From Lytechinus pictus (taxonomy: Eukaryota): a stretch of 64,000 nucleotides of DNA. The translations under genes and the position numbers were made by a program. Numbering within the stretch: position 1 is the first letter of the stretch; each line of letters begins with the position of its first letter. This document shows, one piece after another, positions 1 to 13,200 of the stretch. Under the pieces are notes generated by a model. It was not told where the DNA came from and did no database searches. It saw only the letters and a program-made list of their open reading frames with translations. The stretch lies in contig NC_087245.1 of assembly GCF_037042905.1 (NCBI RefSeq), positions 17,238,001 through 17,302,000 on the forward strand. Reading direction: 5' to 3'.

Positions 1-1035
1 TTGCATTACTAATGTAGACAAATAAATAATCCTGCAATTCATTTCAGTTTTGTTAATAAATAATATAATATAGATTTTGAGACTACATGTATACATTCTA
101 TGACCAGGTTCTTGTTTAGAAGGTTATTTCATACCTCTTATATCCAATACATGTACATTTAACCTGTAATGAAGTTTTGTATTCTAAGTTAGTTCATTTA
201 AAAAATGTATTCATGAGATACCATTACATACTAAAATCATGACTTGAAGGTACATGCAACATTGAGCATGGCAATTTAGGATTGAAATAAGGCTTTCAAT
301 TCAATAAAGGGTAAGCTGACAATGGACTAAACTCCTATTGAAATTTACCATGGGTATATTTTGTGAATAGACTTCCTGTCTATTCATACATGACCTAGGG
401 TAGTTCTGAATAGACTTTCCTTTTATTCATAGAAACCTCGGTACTTGTGAATAGACTTCCCTTCTACTCATACTTGTACAGAAGTATCACTTCATATTGG
501 TCTTCTTTACATGCAAAGTTGTGCAAGTTATTAGAATGAATAGAAGGCCTAGATTGAAGTTCTTCACTAATGGCTAGTCAACAACACAATGTGCTTGTAA
601 ATTTGCCAGATTATGAATTGTAGAAAGCTGGTGTAAAATAAAATAAAATCAGAATGTATTCATCTACATAGATTACACAGTGTTCTCATACAATAGTAGG
701 GGCGTACTAGTTCATCAGAACATTTCTGTAAGCAGTTAAAAACCTGAATTTTTCTCAAAAACTCTCAATGCTAACAGTGCAGACAAAAGCTGTAATGGAC
801 GTTGGATGTGTATACTATGCAATTCATGCATCACTAATTCTATATGTGTGTGAATGATAGAATTGGCAGCCCGCTGTATATTCCTTGAGTCTAACGAAGC
901 CAGTAAAGAGTTAACAGTACATGTAAAGAACATCCAATTCATGTGATGTTCCTACAAATATATTGACAAACTAGTACTGAATTTGCATACTGTATATCAC
1001 AATGACAATGCCTGCAGAAATACTTCATTTCATAC

Positions 1036-1267
1036 CTCTTCGGCAGTATCCTTTGAACCTCCTGCTGCTCCACCCCTTGGTGATGTTGGCCCGCCTCCTC
1101 TCTTAGGCTCCTCCCCTGAGCTGAAGAGGCGTGGCCTCCTGTTGGGTGTAAGCGCCGCCCCTCTCCTTGCGGAATAGCACTGTAAGCATGTCCAGTGTCT
1201 CTGCCCATCTATCATGGCTGAACAGCCAGCAGTCTGCAGGCAGGTTGAATGGTAAGTATGACCGCAG
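1036..1267 (-). CDS. VPS8: VPS8 coding exon 39 (second half of RING-H2)
   Basis: CGHTYHSTCLQTAGC...WTCLQC; donor gtatga at 1035. Confidence 0.92.
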
Positions 1268-4200
1268 CTGACGTACAGACACACAAAAAGGAACATTTGG
1301 GTTTTAAGCATTCACAGCAGACCTAATCCAATCGTGTTTATCCTTCAAAGGGGGACTGATCCCTAAGGAGCACAATCCACAAATACTTAAAAAACAATGT
1401 GAAATAAGTTGTGACTTCTGGTAAAAGATAATGATGGCAATTTGACCTTTATTAACTCTTAATGTGCCAGTACGAATACCCCTTGACTGCCAGGGGTATT
1501 CGAGGGAATCCTAAATTGACCGAAACGTAAGCAGAGACTGATTTTAAAACGGTTTTAATTCTTTACCCGTACATTGTATAATGAAATCTTCAACACATGA
1601 AATCATGCATGGTTCATGGACTTTATGATCGTGTTATTATCTTTCTATTTGCGTTTTAAAAAAATGAGAACAAATGTAATATTTTACATTGTCTTATTTT
1701 TTCAATAAGTAAAACCTAATAATTATAATTTCATGAACATTTCAACGAGCAAATAACCTGATGAATTGTAGAGATACCAAGAAATTAAGAAGATAAAATA
1801 AAAGTTCAATGTTTATCCTTTTAAATGACGTAGATATTGATGAAATTGAAGAAACAGAAATAACAAAAAATAATGCTCTTTTGAATGAAATACTATTTTG
1901 GCTTTTTAAGTTGCTTCCTCTGAAGAATACACACACAATTGAAAGCGTTCTTTTCCAAAAAAGGGCATCGTCTTCTATCAAGTGACCAATCACAGAACAG
2001 CTGTGATCCCCACGCGAACACACACAATAATATATCAGAACCCTGTATCTTCAAAGTGTGGCCAACCGTAAACTTTCATTCGTGTAGTCTTCAAAATAAG
2101 ACCCTGTGTTTTTTTATTCGTAGTGTAGCAAACAAAGTTATTGCCAGTCAGAAGGAGACAAAATATAAATTTAAAGATGATATATCGAAATATAGATAAA
2201 GAGGGCTCGGACAGATTCACTACTAACAAGTTTGGGGTATAAAATCCCACAAAATGATATGGGCGTCCTTGGCAAATTACAAAAAAGCAAGAAAAAAAAA
2301 AGTTTATTTTTCGTGAATCAAAGAAGAGGAAATGCAGATCAGTTACAAACAAAAAATCAATACAAATTTTCAAAAAAGAAAATAGGCCTATTTGTTCTGT
2401 ATTGCTGGTCTGACCAATGCAGCCACCCGTTAACATTCTCCGCGACTACATTCTTTTGTTCATGCCACCAAGTCATGAACAATAGATGCCCAGACTCTCT
2501 TTCATGAGGAATCTCTAATCCACGCTCCCTATTATCTAGGAGAGCAATTTAGCACAGGATGTTCTTAGAAATCGGGGCTCACGCACGACTTTTGATTTGA
2601 CTATTCAATACTTTCAAAGGTTCCGATATTTATTTCTTTTTACATTTTACTTTTTTGTGGGTGACCCAGGTAAAAAGAAAACAATTACCCCCCCCCTCCT
2701 ACATAAAAATCCGGCATCCACCAAGGGTCTCCCCAGCTCGTAGCACTATCCGTAGTAAAAAATAATAATTTGTTCAGATAACATGATGTACAATATATAA
2801 AGGCCTGGTCACACCGCCCGAGCGTTGTTGGAGCGGAGAGAAAAAAATCATCACCGCTCGCTACTGTTCGCCATTTTCGATTTCGATTGTTTTTTTTGTT
2901 TTTTTTGATTTTTGTTTTCGATTCCCCAATTTTGTGAGCGAAATTCGACCCTCTCTCCCTACCGCTCCACGACCAACGCTCGGGCGATGTGACCAAGCCT
3001 TAAGAAATGTAATATTTAACCCATTATCGTCATCATTTTCATTTCTACTCTCTAAAGTCGTTTTAAAATCTCCTTGATAGTGAATTCAATGCAGCAACTA
3101 ACAGGTCGGTCTGATCGGTTTGTTAATGTAACTGGCAGCTGTCCCGCCCTATCCCTTTCTTTCTTTTCCTCAAAACATCTGATATTGATGTACATACTCG
3201 GTTTACATTTTCTATTACCAATGGTTGGATTTAGTAAAGGAAAAACATTCACTTTGAACAAAAGAGATAAATCTTTAGAGGAATAAAGCGTTATTATCGG
3301 CAGTTTTAATTATCAAATTTTTTGCCTTTTCCTATTTTATTCGAGGAGAATATTGAACGATTCATATCTTTGTGAGAAGTTTGAATATGATATTGATAAG
3401 CATAACAATGTCAATCATTTCTTTAAAAATGGTTTGGGTTATAAAAAGACAAAACGAATATGACCCGTTATTTACCAGATCTTAAGTTTATGAAGAGAGA
3501 GTTTGGCTGCAGAAGAAATGCAATGGATATGATCACAACAATTATTTTTGAATAATAATCATAATGATGATGACTCTGATCGCAATAACATTAAAGGGTT
3601 TAAAGGAAAATATTCATATCTTTATACATAGAGCAGAATTCACTGAGCAAAATGCCGAAAATCTCATCAAAATTGGATAATAAATTATAAAGTTATTAAC
3701 ATTTAAAATTCAGTTATATTTTGTGAAAAAGAGTCGTCATGAATATTCATTAGGTGGGCTGGTGATGTCACATCCCCACTTTCTGTTTTCTTATGTTATT
3801 ACATAAAATCATAATTATTTTATTATTTCATACTTGTGTGAATAATATGTCTCCCTTATAATGAAATAAATATATAATGCATTAAATCAGTTGTCTAATA
3901 TCTAATGCATGAAATCAGTTGTCAATTCAATTTTTCTAATGCTTGGAGGAATTAAGATTGAATAAACCTAATTTCATATAATAAAATACAAAAGAACAAG
4001 TGGAGATGTGACACCATCAGCCCACCTAATGAATATTCATGACAACTGTTTTCACAAAATATTGCTAAACTTAAAAATTCAATAACTTTGTTATTTTGTT
4101 ATCCGATTTTGATAAAAATTTTCAGTATTTTGCTCAGTGAATTATGCTCTATTTATAAAACTATAAATACTTTCAGCCCAGACAATTCCTTTAATAATAA

Positions 4201-7200
4201 TAAGAAGAAGAAGGTGAAGGAGAAGAATAATGATAATAATAATTACAATAACAATAACAATAATGATAATAATGATTATGATAACAGTCATACTAATAAT
4301 GATAATAATAATAACAATAATAAATGAATAAATAAATAATGAGTGTGATGATTGTAGTGCGCAGACGAGAGTTGGAAATGACAGCCTTCTTTATTCATAT
4401 ATTCATAGCGAGAACAATTTTTTGAGAATGCTAAAAACAAAGTATAAAACCTTTCCCCCCCCCAAAAAAAAAAAAAATAAAATCTTCCACAAATCGTGCA
4501 CATTTGCTGGCAGATAAAGGCCTTGACACAAGAATACTACCATACCGGCCTGCAAAAGACCCGATCGATAGCTCATGAATATTCATGTGACAATAGCGAA
4601 TGGGCGAGTAGTGTTGGGTGAGGAACATCGTACCGCTCTGTCATTGGTCAATTCCGAGCTGAATATGCCCTCGCACATTCGCCTTTGCTCTGCTCATAGA
4701 AGTACGTGTCTTGCTACACACAACCGTTATATCACACGTGTCTATAGGGGAAATCTTGATTCAGATTGCGGCAATATCCGAAATCAACTCTTCAAAATAA
4801 TGATGCAAAAATACAATTTTACTCAAAAAATGTCAATGTAAACCACTATTTTTTATATGATAAAATGAATTGCGAATTCCTTGCCAGTATAACAACATAA
4901 AAAAACAGAACATGGTGTTGATTTTCTGGCTGTAAAATTGGTTAAACAAAAAAAAGTTGCTTGGGCACGTATACGTGCCAATGGCATTAGAGGCCTAAGG
5001 GCACAAATAGCTGCCAATGGCTCTTAAAGAGTTAAAAAACAAAAATGATTGGAAGCATACTTTCATTTCTTGGGAAAATATTATGGTATAAAATGTTTTA
5101 AAAAGCAGCAGAAATGTAAATGGGTACCATTCTAATGGGTATATATTACAAGACTACATGATCAAAATGATGCATTCTGGGTAAAGACCAGGAAATATTC
5201 AAGTGGTTTGGGACTTAAGCTGATACTGTCTTGCTACTTTGGCTTCAAGAATAGGTATTGGCAATGTGTAATTCTTTGTTTTAGTAAGTTTACAGGTTTA
5301 AAGCTTATTAATATTAGCAGATATCATAAGATACAACTACCTAAAATATCCATTTTTTTTTTCAATTTTCAAAATTTGCACTTTTACTAAGATGAATGAA
5401 AAAGCCTTACCTGAAGATCAGTAAGTTATCAGACTCGGTAGAATATGAATAATTCTTCCCACATATCATGCAGCTCTCTCTACGAGGCATGAGCCCTCTA
5501 TTGGCAGCCATAGTTAAGTTCTTCACCGAGCCGTACAGATCCCTGTCTAATAATCGATTGGCCGTCTTCAGCAAGGTCTAAAGATAGTAACCAGAGCAAT
5601 GAAGATTGTGAAAGAATGGGGTTTTGCTAAATAATAAGAAGCAGGAGAGAGATCAAAGGTTAATTTACAATGTTGTTGGGGGGAGGGAGGAAGGAACTCA
5701 TGTACATGAGAACAACATCAGCAGCAAAGATTAAAACGTTAGAAAAATCAGAAGTATAAGTATTTCATTTCATTTAAAGTCAATTACTTTCATATCATTT
5801 TGAATCTATATGGGGTAGAGTTGATTGTTGCAAATGCTCGGATTACATACTAAGTACTGCAATATATTTCCATAATATATTGCATAGCTTGAGGGACTTA
5901 TAAATGATGTTTCATACATGAAATGAGCATAATCATACATATATACTGTTTTTCTGTAGTGAATGTGACACACAGTGAACAAACAAGGAAGAATTACTGT
6001 CGTATGTTTTGATATACTACTACTCACAGATTCATATGTGTATGTTTCCAACATTCCAACAATAAGCTCACGGATCTCTCCAAACCTTCCTGTACTGTAT
6101 GTGGGATCCTACAGTCAATTAAGAGAAACAAATTATAATCTTGACTTTCTGGTCATTATTAACCCTAATTCTCCCGGGGGGGGGGGGCCATAATGGCCCC
6201 CCCCTTGACAATTTTCGCGATATATCTGCTGCGCAAATTTTTTTGACCTCGCCGCTCACTGACTTTTTACTTTCAAGTCTCGTGCAAATTTTGAGACCAA
6301 ATTTGTGACGCCCGGGTACACGGTTACGACATTACGCAACATTATGTAAGTGCATGTCAGACCCAAAATTGCTCATAAACGTGATTTCATGTACAAATCC
6401 AATGCAAATTGTGTATTTAGCCAAAATTCATAAATGTATCATTATTTCTACTTTTACTGATTAAACTGAATTAATTTTGCCTTGTTTATGATCAGAACTA
6501 AGTCTGGAATGATTTCCATTGAAAAAACAATAAAAAACAAAAAGTAAAAAAACAAAGAAATACATAAGAAATTCATAAAACAATAAAATACATAAGAAAT
6601 TGATTTCCGAACCGAAGTTTTTTTAATTGCGATTGTTAAGATTGCTACAAAGAATTTTTTTACCAAAAATTAGCATTCTAGGAGCTTTATTTAGTGAATT
6701 ATAGCAAAGAGTATGATTTATGCATAAATTAGCATAATTAATTCATATAAAATAAAATCTCATTATTTTGGAAAATTTTACCATACAGCCTTGTAGATTA
6801 CATCGCACACTACCAGTGTGCAAATTTTTGCGTCGCTCGCGCAATCGGCGGCCGAGATCTTAAGGGGGGGCCATAATGGCCCCCCCCCGGGATTGACAAG
6901 AATCAAAATACCCCGGGAGATTGAGGGTTAACATAAAAAGAGGATCATTCAAATCAAATACTTCTTTGAGAGGTGACACAACATTTGCTCCAGCGACATT
7001 TGCTCCTGTCTTAACCCAAAATCTCCCGGGGTATTTTGATTCATGTCATTCCCGGGGGGGGGGGGGGATCTCGGAGATCTCGGCCGCCGATCACGTGAGC
7101 GACGCAAAAATTTGCACCCTGGTAGTGTGCGATGTAATCTACAAGGCTGTATGGTAGAATTTTCCGAAATAATGAGATTCTATTTTATATGAATTAATTA

Positions 7201-10200
7201 TGCTAATTTATGCATAAATCATACTTTTTGCTCTAATTCACTAAATAAAGCTCCTAGAATGCTAATTTTTTGTAAAAATATTCTTTGTAGCATTCTTAAC
7301 AATCACAATTAAAAAAACTTTGGTTTGGAAATCAATTTCTTATGTATTTTATTGTTTTATGTATTTCTTTGTTTTTTTACTTTTTGTTTTCTATTGCTTT
7401 TTCAATAGAAATCGTTCCAGACTTAATTCTGATCATAAACAAGGCAAAATTAATTAAGTTTCATCAGTAAAAGAAGAAATAATGATACATTTATGAATTT
7501 TGGCTAAATACACAATTTGCATTGGATTTGTACATGAAATCACGTTTATGAGCAATTTTGGGTCTGATATGCACTTACATAATGTTGCGTAATGTCGTAA
7601 CCGTGTACCCGGGCGTCACAAATTTGGTCTCAAAATTTGCGCGAGACTTGAAAGTAAAATGTCAGTGAGCAGCGAGGTCAAAAAATTTTGCGCAGCAGAT
7701 ATATCGCGAAAATTGTCGAGGGGGGGGGGCCATTATGGCCCCCCCCCCCCGGGAGAATTAGGGTTAAATATCTCAGATTGCATAGTGTTAGAGTTAGGAT
7801 TGTAATAGAGTTTTTGGTTCAGAATAATGTAGGATTAGGGTTTATTTAGGAAGTTAAGTTTATGACTGGCTTAACATACATATTTTCCATCAGAGCAAAT
7901 GTCATGGAACCCTTTGAGATTGATCTTCAACCCATCTTTTGAGATACTTGTGAAATACACATGAGATACTTCACATATAAAGTACCGGTATACTTTCAAG
8001 ATACTTATGAGAGGTGAATTATATACTAAAGGGCTAGTTAAAAGACACATATGAGATACAAGTTTCAAATTTGTTAGATATCAATGAGACAGTAATATAA
8101 CAGAAAATAATGAGACACTGAGATGGTTATGAGCATTGACACTTGCTGGGTACTAATGATATACAAAGGATTTCAAAACATCATATTTCATTGGGAGGAA
8201 TCAAATTAGGCTGTAAAAATTATCAAGATTGAGTAACACAATTATGAAAGATAACCTTTTCTTAACTAGAGTGAAATGGGTACATACTCCCCCTCCCACT
8301 CTTTTCTTGTTACTTTTCAATTTGTCTTTATAAAACTGTGATTACAATTTACTGCCTAGAAAAAGGAAGGAGCGAGTGTAACAACATCAATCTTCTAATA
8401 CCCGATCATGAAAAATGTCAAACTTGAATTCTTAAGACAAACCTGCATGATTTTCTGAAGGATTCTGGGTAATGAGAGATGTCCCATCATGCTATTCAAA
8501 ACATGCCTTGTCAGCTCTTTGAAACCTGGCAGAAGAAAGTACAAAATTACCATGCTTTTAGAAAACAAATAAATAAATATTTAACACTTCGACTGGTTAT
8601 TGTCTGATTAAAATGAAAAAAAAAGAGCAGGGCCTTACAGGTAAATCTATTAGGAAATGATGATTTAGAAAAGGTAATGTTCGAGTGATAAATTATTTTA
8701 GTTGAGATTCATGTATGAAATTATAAAAAACACACATATATTCTAAAAAGTAATTACCGGTACTTGAACAAATATTACAAATGACATAAATGCATAATCA
8801 TTCCTTGGTTACAAATTAAATGCTGAGAAAAAAAAAAACATCTAGACTCATAAGATTAACTAAAACATTTAGATTCTTACTTTCAAACTGGGTCTCATTA
8901 AAGGATGGTTTGAGTCTTCTCTGTGTTGTCATCATCAGATCCAAGAGGGGAAACCATAATGTCTAGGGAAATTACATGAAATATGAAAGTAAAATTCATA
9001 ACTTTGAATGTTACCACCTAAATTACAACAAAATACAATTTTCACTTTACACTAGTATCATTGTCATCTCAATCACAATAGTGAAGATGATGTATCATAA
9101 TCGTCATCGTCATCGCCATCGTCATCGTCATCACCATCCCCATCGTCGTCATCACCATCCCCATCGTCGTCATCACCATCACCATCACCATCACCATCAC
9201 CACCATCACCATCGTCATCACCATCATCATCATCAATATCTTCATCATCATCATCATCTTCATCATCACCACCACCCAAACTGCATTATCTATCTAATCA
9301 TCATCAACATTATCGCCATCATTATCACTTGCATTGCCATCGCATCATCCTCATCATAACCATCTCCAGTCACCATCAGCAACCTCAAATTAATGTCAAC
9401 ATCATTCAGGTTTGATGTGTTTACCTCTCGGCCTTCTTCATCTAACTTTGGTGAGTTCCTCTGGCAAAGTTGAACAAGAACCATTAGAACTACTTGCACA
9501 TTGGACAGACCCAAGGTGATATCCATTCCTACAAGAACAAGAACACCAACAAATAACATCAGAATTGTACAAATGTGACACTCGGATAAATTTTAGATAG
9601 AAAAGCAGAAACAGCCTATCACCAAAAGTGTCAGAATACCACAATATTTTAATTGAACAATCAACCATTGGGTAATTTCAGGTTCAGTTTTGGTGTTGAG
9701 AGCATGAATCATGTAGGCCGACTACCACAATAATGTGGGATGGGTGTTGGAGTTTCCTTTGAGAGCATGGAGTGTTAAGTACACTATCATTTTCGTGAAC
9801 GTATAAGGAATATGATTCCTATTATTCCATATAAGTGTGGAATCAACTTATTGTTCATTCTTGATTTAAACTCAGATTAAAGCTAAATGACAGTAGTTGC
9901 AGTAAAATACTGATTTCCTGAGGAAGTCTGTAAAACCAAGTTTAAGTATTACTATATCATCGTGGATCTAGATCTGGTAGTTACATAAACTGAACTTTGT
10001 GAAATCATAATATCTAAGCTAAAAAACGATCATACTGAAGATCGCCAACACAGATAGGCACACGTGGGACAGTGTATTATTATTGCTAGAATAAAGACCC
10101 GACGGAAGTGACAGAATCCGCGCTTATTTTGCTTATTTCTTAGCAATTACACAATTTCTTCCAGAATCCTTTGGCACATATTTTTTATTCATACAAACAG

Positions 10201-13200
10201 ACACTTTGGTGATCATTATATCAAATTCTGTAAAAAGTCATTTTGAGATCATCCCCACAACTGGAATTTATCTTTAACTTGTGAGAATACCACCCATTAT
10301 ATTTTAAGGGTGACAAAATACAAAAACTTGAATCCAAGTTTCTCACCATCATTCTGACTTCCATCATGACCTTTGACCACATCCGAGAGACCTTTCACCT
10401 TAGTCTGTAGGTTCTCCATGAGAATCCCAAAGGCTCCTTGAATGTCTCCAGATTTCTCCAACAAAAAGGCAGTGGCTTCTGACATCTTGTGTTTGCGTAC
10501 AATCTGTAAAAAGCAAATAATTCAATTGAATTCCCAGGTATCACAGTAATTATTGCATACATGTTTCTTGGTGGTTTACAGAATTGATTATAATTGCCAT
10601 CTTAAGCTGTAACCATTCACACACATTTCTCCCTGATGTAAAACAAACAAACGGCTGTATAGACATGTAATGTGGGTGGAAGTGATAAAGGAAGTAGAAT
10701 AAAAAAATAACATTCTTCTCCCAGAAATCTAGTATCATATGCAGCACTGGCATACAGATGTTGGGGGAGCATATAAATGAAAATGAGAAAATGTAAGAAA
10801 AATAAAAGAGGGTGAATTATGGTATTATATTTTTAATATTAAATAAAAATTCATCACAAAGTTAGATTTTCATTTGAATAGGGCCAAAAAATTTCACTTG
10901 CTCGCAACATTTTAGAAATTTTCTCAAATACCTCAAGTTGTGCTCATTATGCCACATTCACATCCAGTAATGTCCCTTAAACATAGTGATACTGGACTAG
11001 AGGCTTGATTGAAATAATATGAAGATAAACTTACATGAAGTGCTTCCTCAAGTCTGTAATTCTCTGACATCATAACAAAGTTAAGGACCTTCTTAGGATT
11101 GAATGTACACATCAGATCCAGGAACTTCTCATGTAGATAGCAGTCAGGCTGTGCCTCATCTCGTCCATAGAGGGCGCTACCTGTATCTCTGCCATCAAAC
11201 ACACCTTCAAGGAATTCATACTGCAGTTCTGGTTGGTTCTGAAATTTGGGTAAAACAGAAATCTGGTGTATAATCCTGCCTTGAATAAACCTTTTGCTTT
11301 GACAAATTCTAGAGTTGAGTTCCAGGATGCACATCTTTCAAAGTCATTTGATTTAAAGAGATGATAAGGAAACAAGAACTTTTGGTAGCTTACCTGAAGT
11401 TGTATGACTACATCACTCAACGAATGAGCAAAGACTTTCAGGACCAACTGGGCAGTCTCTCTGCTGTCTATGGCAACAAGATCCTGTATAATACAAAACA
11501 TGAAAATAAAACTGCAACAAATTACAAATTTAGGTAACACAGATCTACTGAACAAAGCAAAGAGCATGCACAATCCTGTACAAGTTGGAATATGATATAG
11601 ATTGTTCAGCAGCTTTGTAAATGTATTCATCTCTTAGCTTTTAGTTTTTGTAAACGAGAAACATTGTTTTCTTCTCAAATAATGAAGTCTAAGGTACCGA
11701 TATTGGTTGATGCACACAAAGTACAGATTATTTGTGCTTTCAAAATGGGGAAACAAGACAATTTTCACGATTGCAGTCGTAAGTAAAGATTAAACACAAA
11801 CTAGGTATTATTTGTAAAGAAAAAGAATTCATGATTAAAACTACAATTAACTGTAGATTAACTGAATTACAATGCTTCACACCCTTTCTGGAGCCTGTAA
11901 TACAAAGCTAAGCGATGAATAGCAAATATGAAAGAACACTTCTGATTGGTTCCTAGTCTGCACTCTATCGATTTAGCAAGTAATCGCTAATCTTTGTGTT
12001 ACGGACCCCTAAGAATATTGTCAGGTTGACTGATATACGGGGGTAAAATGTCATTCATGACCTATGAATACTACGGCCCGTATTCTGAAGTCAGGTTTAA
12101 CTTAGACCACAGTCTAAAATTATGGAGAGCCAAAAGTTCGAAAATTCTGTTTATATTGTATATTTCTTATGTTTACTATTTTGTTTCCTTTTGCTTTCTT
12201 AATGAAGAAAAATACTTTAGTTATCATTCCCAGACAACTATGAACAATTTGGGTGTCATATGAGTTAATAAATTGAATGTGTACTGTTAGGGATTTGTAC
12301 TCCAATTGGCTCTCCATAGTGAAACCACAACTTTAAACCAGGGTTTAATTTTAACCCGGGTTCAGAATACAGGCCTACATGGGTCTATTCTAAAATTTGT
12401 TAGAGTCATCTACAACCTACATGTACAAGTACATGATCAAAATATACATAAACAATTAATTTGCTTATTATTTATACCTGAAGATGTTTAATTGCCTGTC
12501 GCTGGACTGCATCTTTCTCTGCTTCCGTGTAGTAACTCTCCATCATCACTTGGTGAATGTACGAGAATATGGTAGCCTGAAAGAGAAGAAGGAAAAAAAG
12601 AAAACATTTCAAATACATCATAAAAAAATAGTGAATCCTGTATTTAAATACAACCCAATGTAGACAAAAAATGTGGTCTTTATAACAGGTGGTCATTGTG
12701 AGTTAGGTTCCAGAAAACATATTTCAATTGGAAAAATTATTCAAAGGAGCCTAAAGTTGTGGTCTCTATAGATGGTTCTTATTTAACGGAGGTTGCTGAA
12801 GCAGGTTTGACTGTATCAAGCATAGGATCATCTATTCTAATAGCATACATGTATACAATTTTGGCTTCTAAAATCAATTGATAAAAAATTCTGTGCAAGT
12901 CTACTTTCTCCCTCCAATTGTTTTACACTCATATCATTCATCTATCACTTGAAAGAAAAAAAACAGGGAGATGTTTGAATGAATACTTACTTTCCTTGAT
13001 GAATCTCTTAAATGGCAGAGAAGAATCTTATCAAACTCCCTTCTTCTTTCATATAAGACTTCACATACTCGGTAGCTAGAAGAGAAAAGAGAGAAACATA
13101 AGCAGGAATAGGTGTAAATATGCCATTATCCATTGACTATATGAGGCTCTGAGAATTGGTAGCGAAAGGTCAACCCTGAGAACATAATAAAAAGACAGAG

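Larger units (their letters stand above)
1452..5035. mobile_element. Non-autonomous piggyBac-like element (~3.6 kb) in VPS8 intron 38, with nested insertions
   Basis: TTAA at both ends; imperfect TIR ttaaCTCTTAATGTGCCA / TGGCTCTTAAAGAGttaa; subterminal palindromes. Confidence 0.6.

Noticed and set aside
1..1035. Terminal VPS8 exon(s)
   Set aside because: I found no convincing in-frame exon; the short ORFs at 736-942 and 939-1208 have no VPS8-like content, so the gene probably ends outside the window.
8976..9359. Poly-His, poly-Asp and poly-Met ORFs
   Set aside because: Translations of an intronic (CAT)n microsatellite; exons 34 and 35 already join in frame without it.
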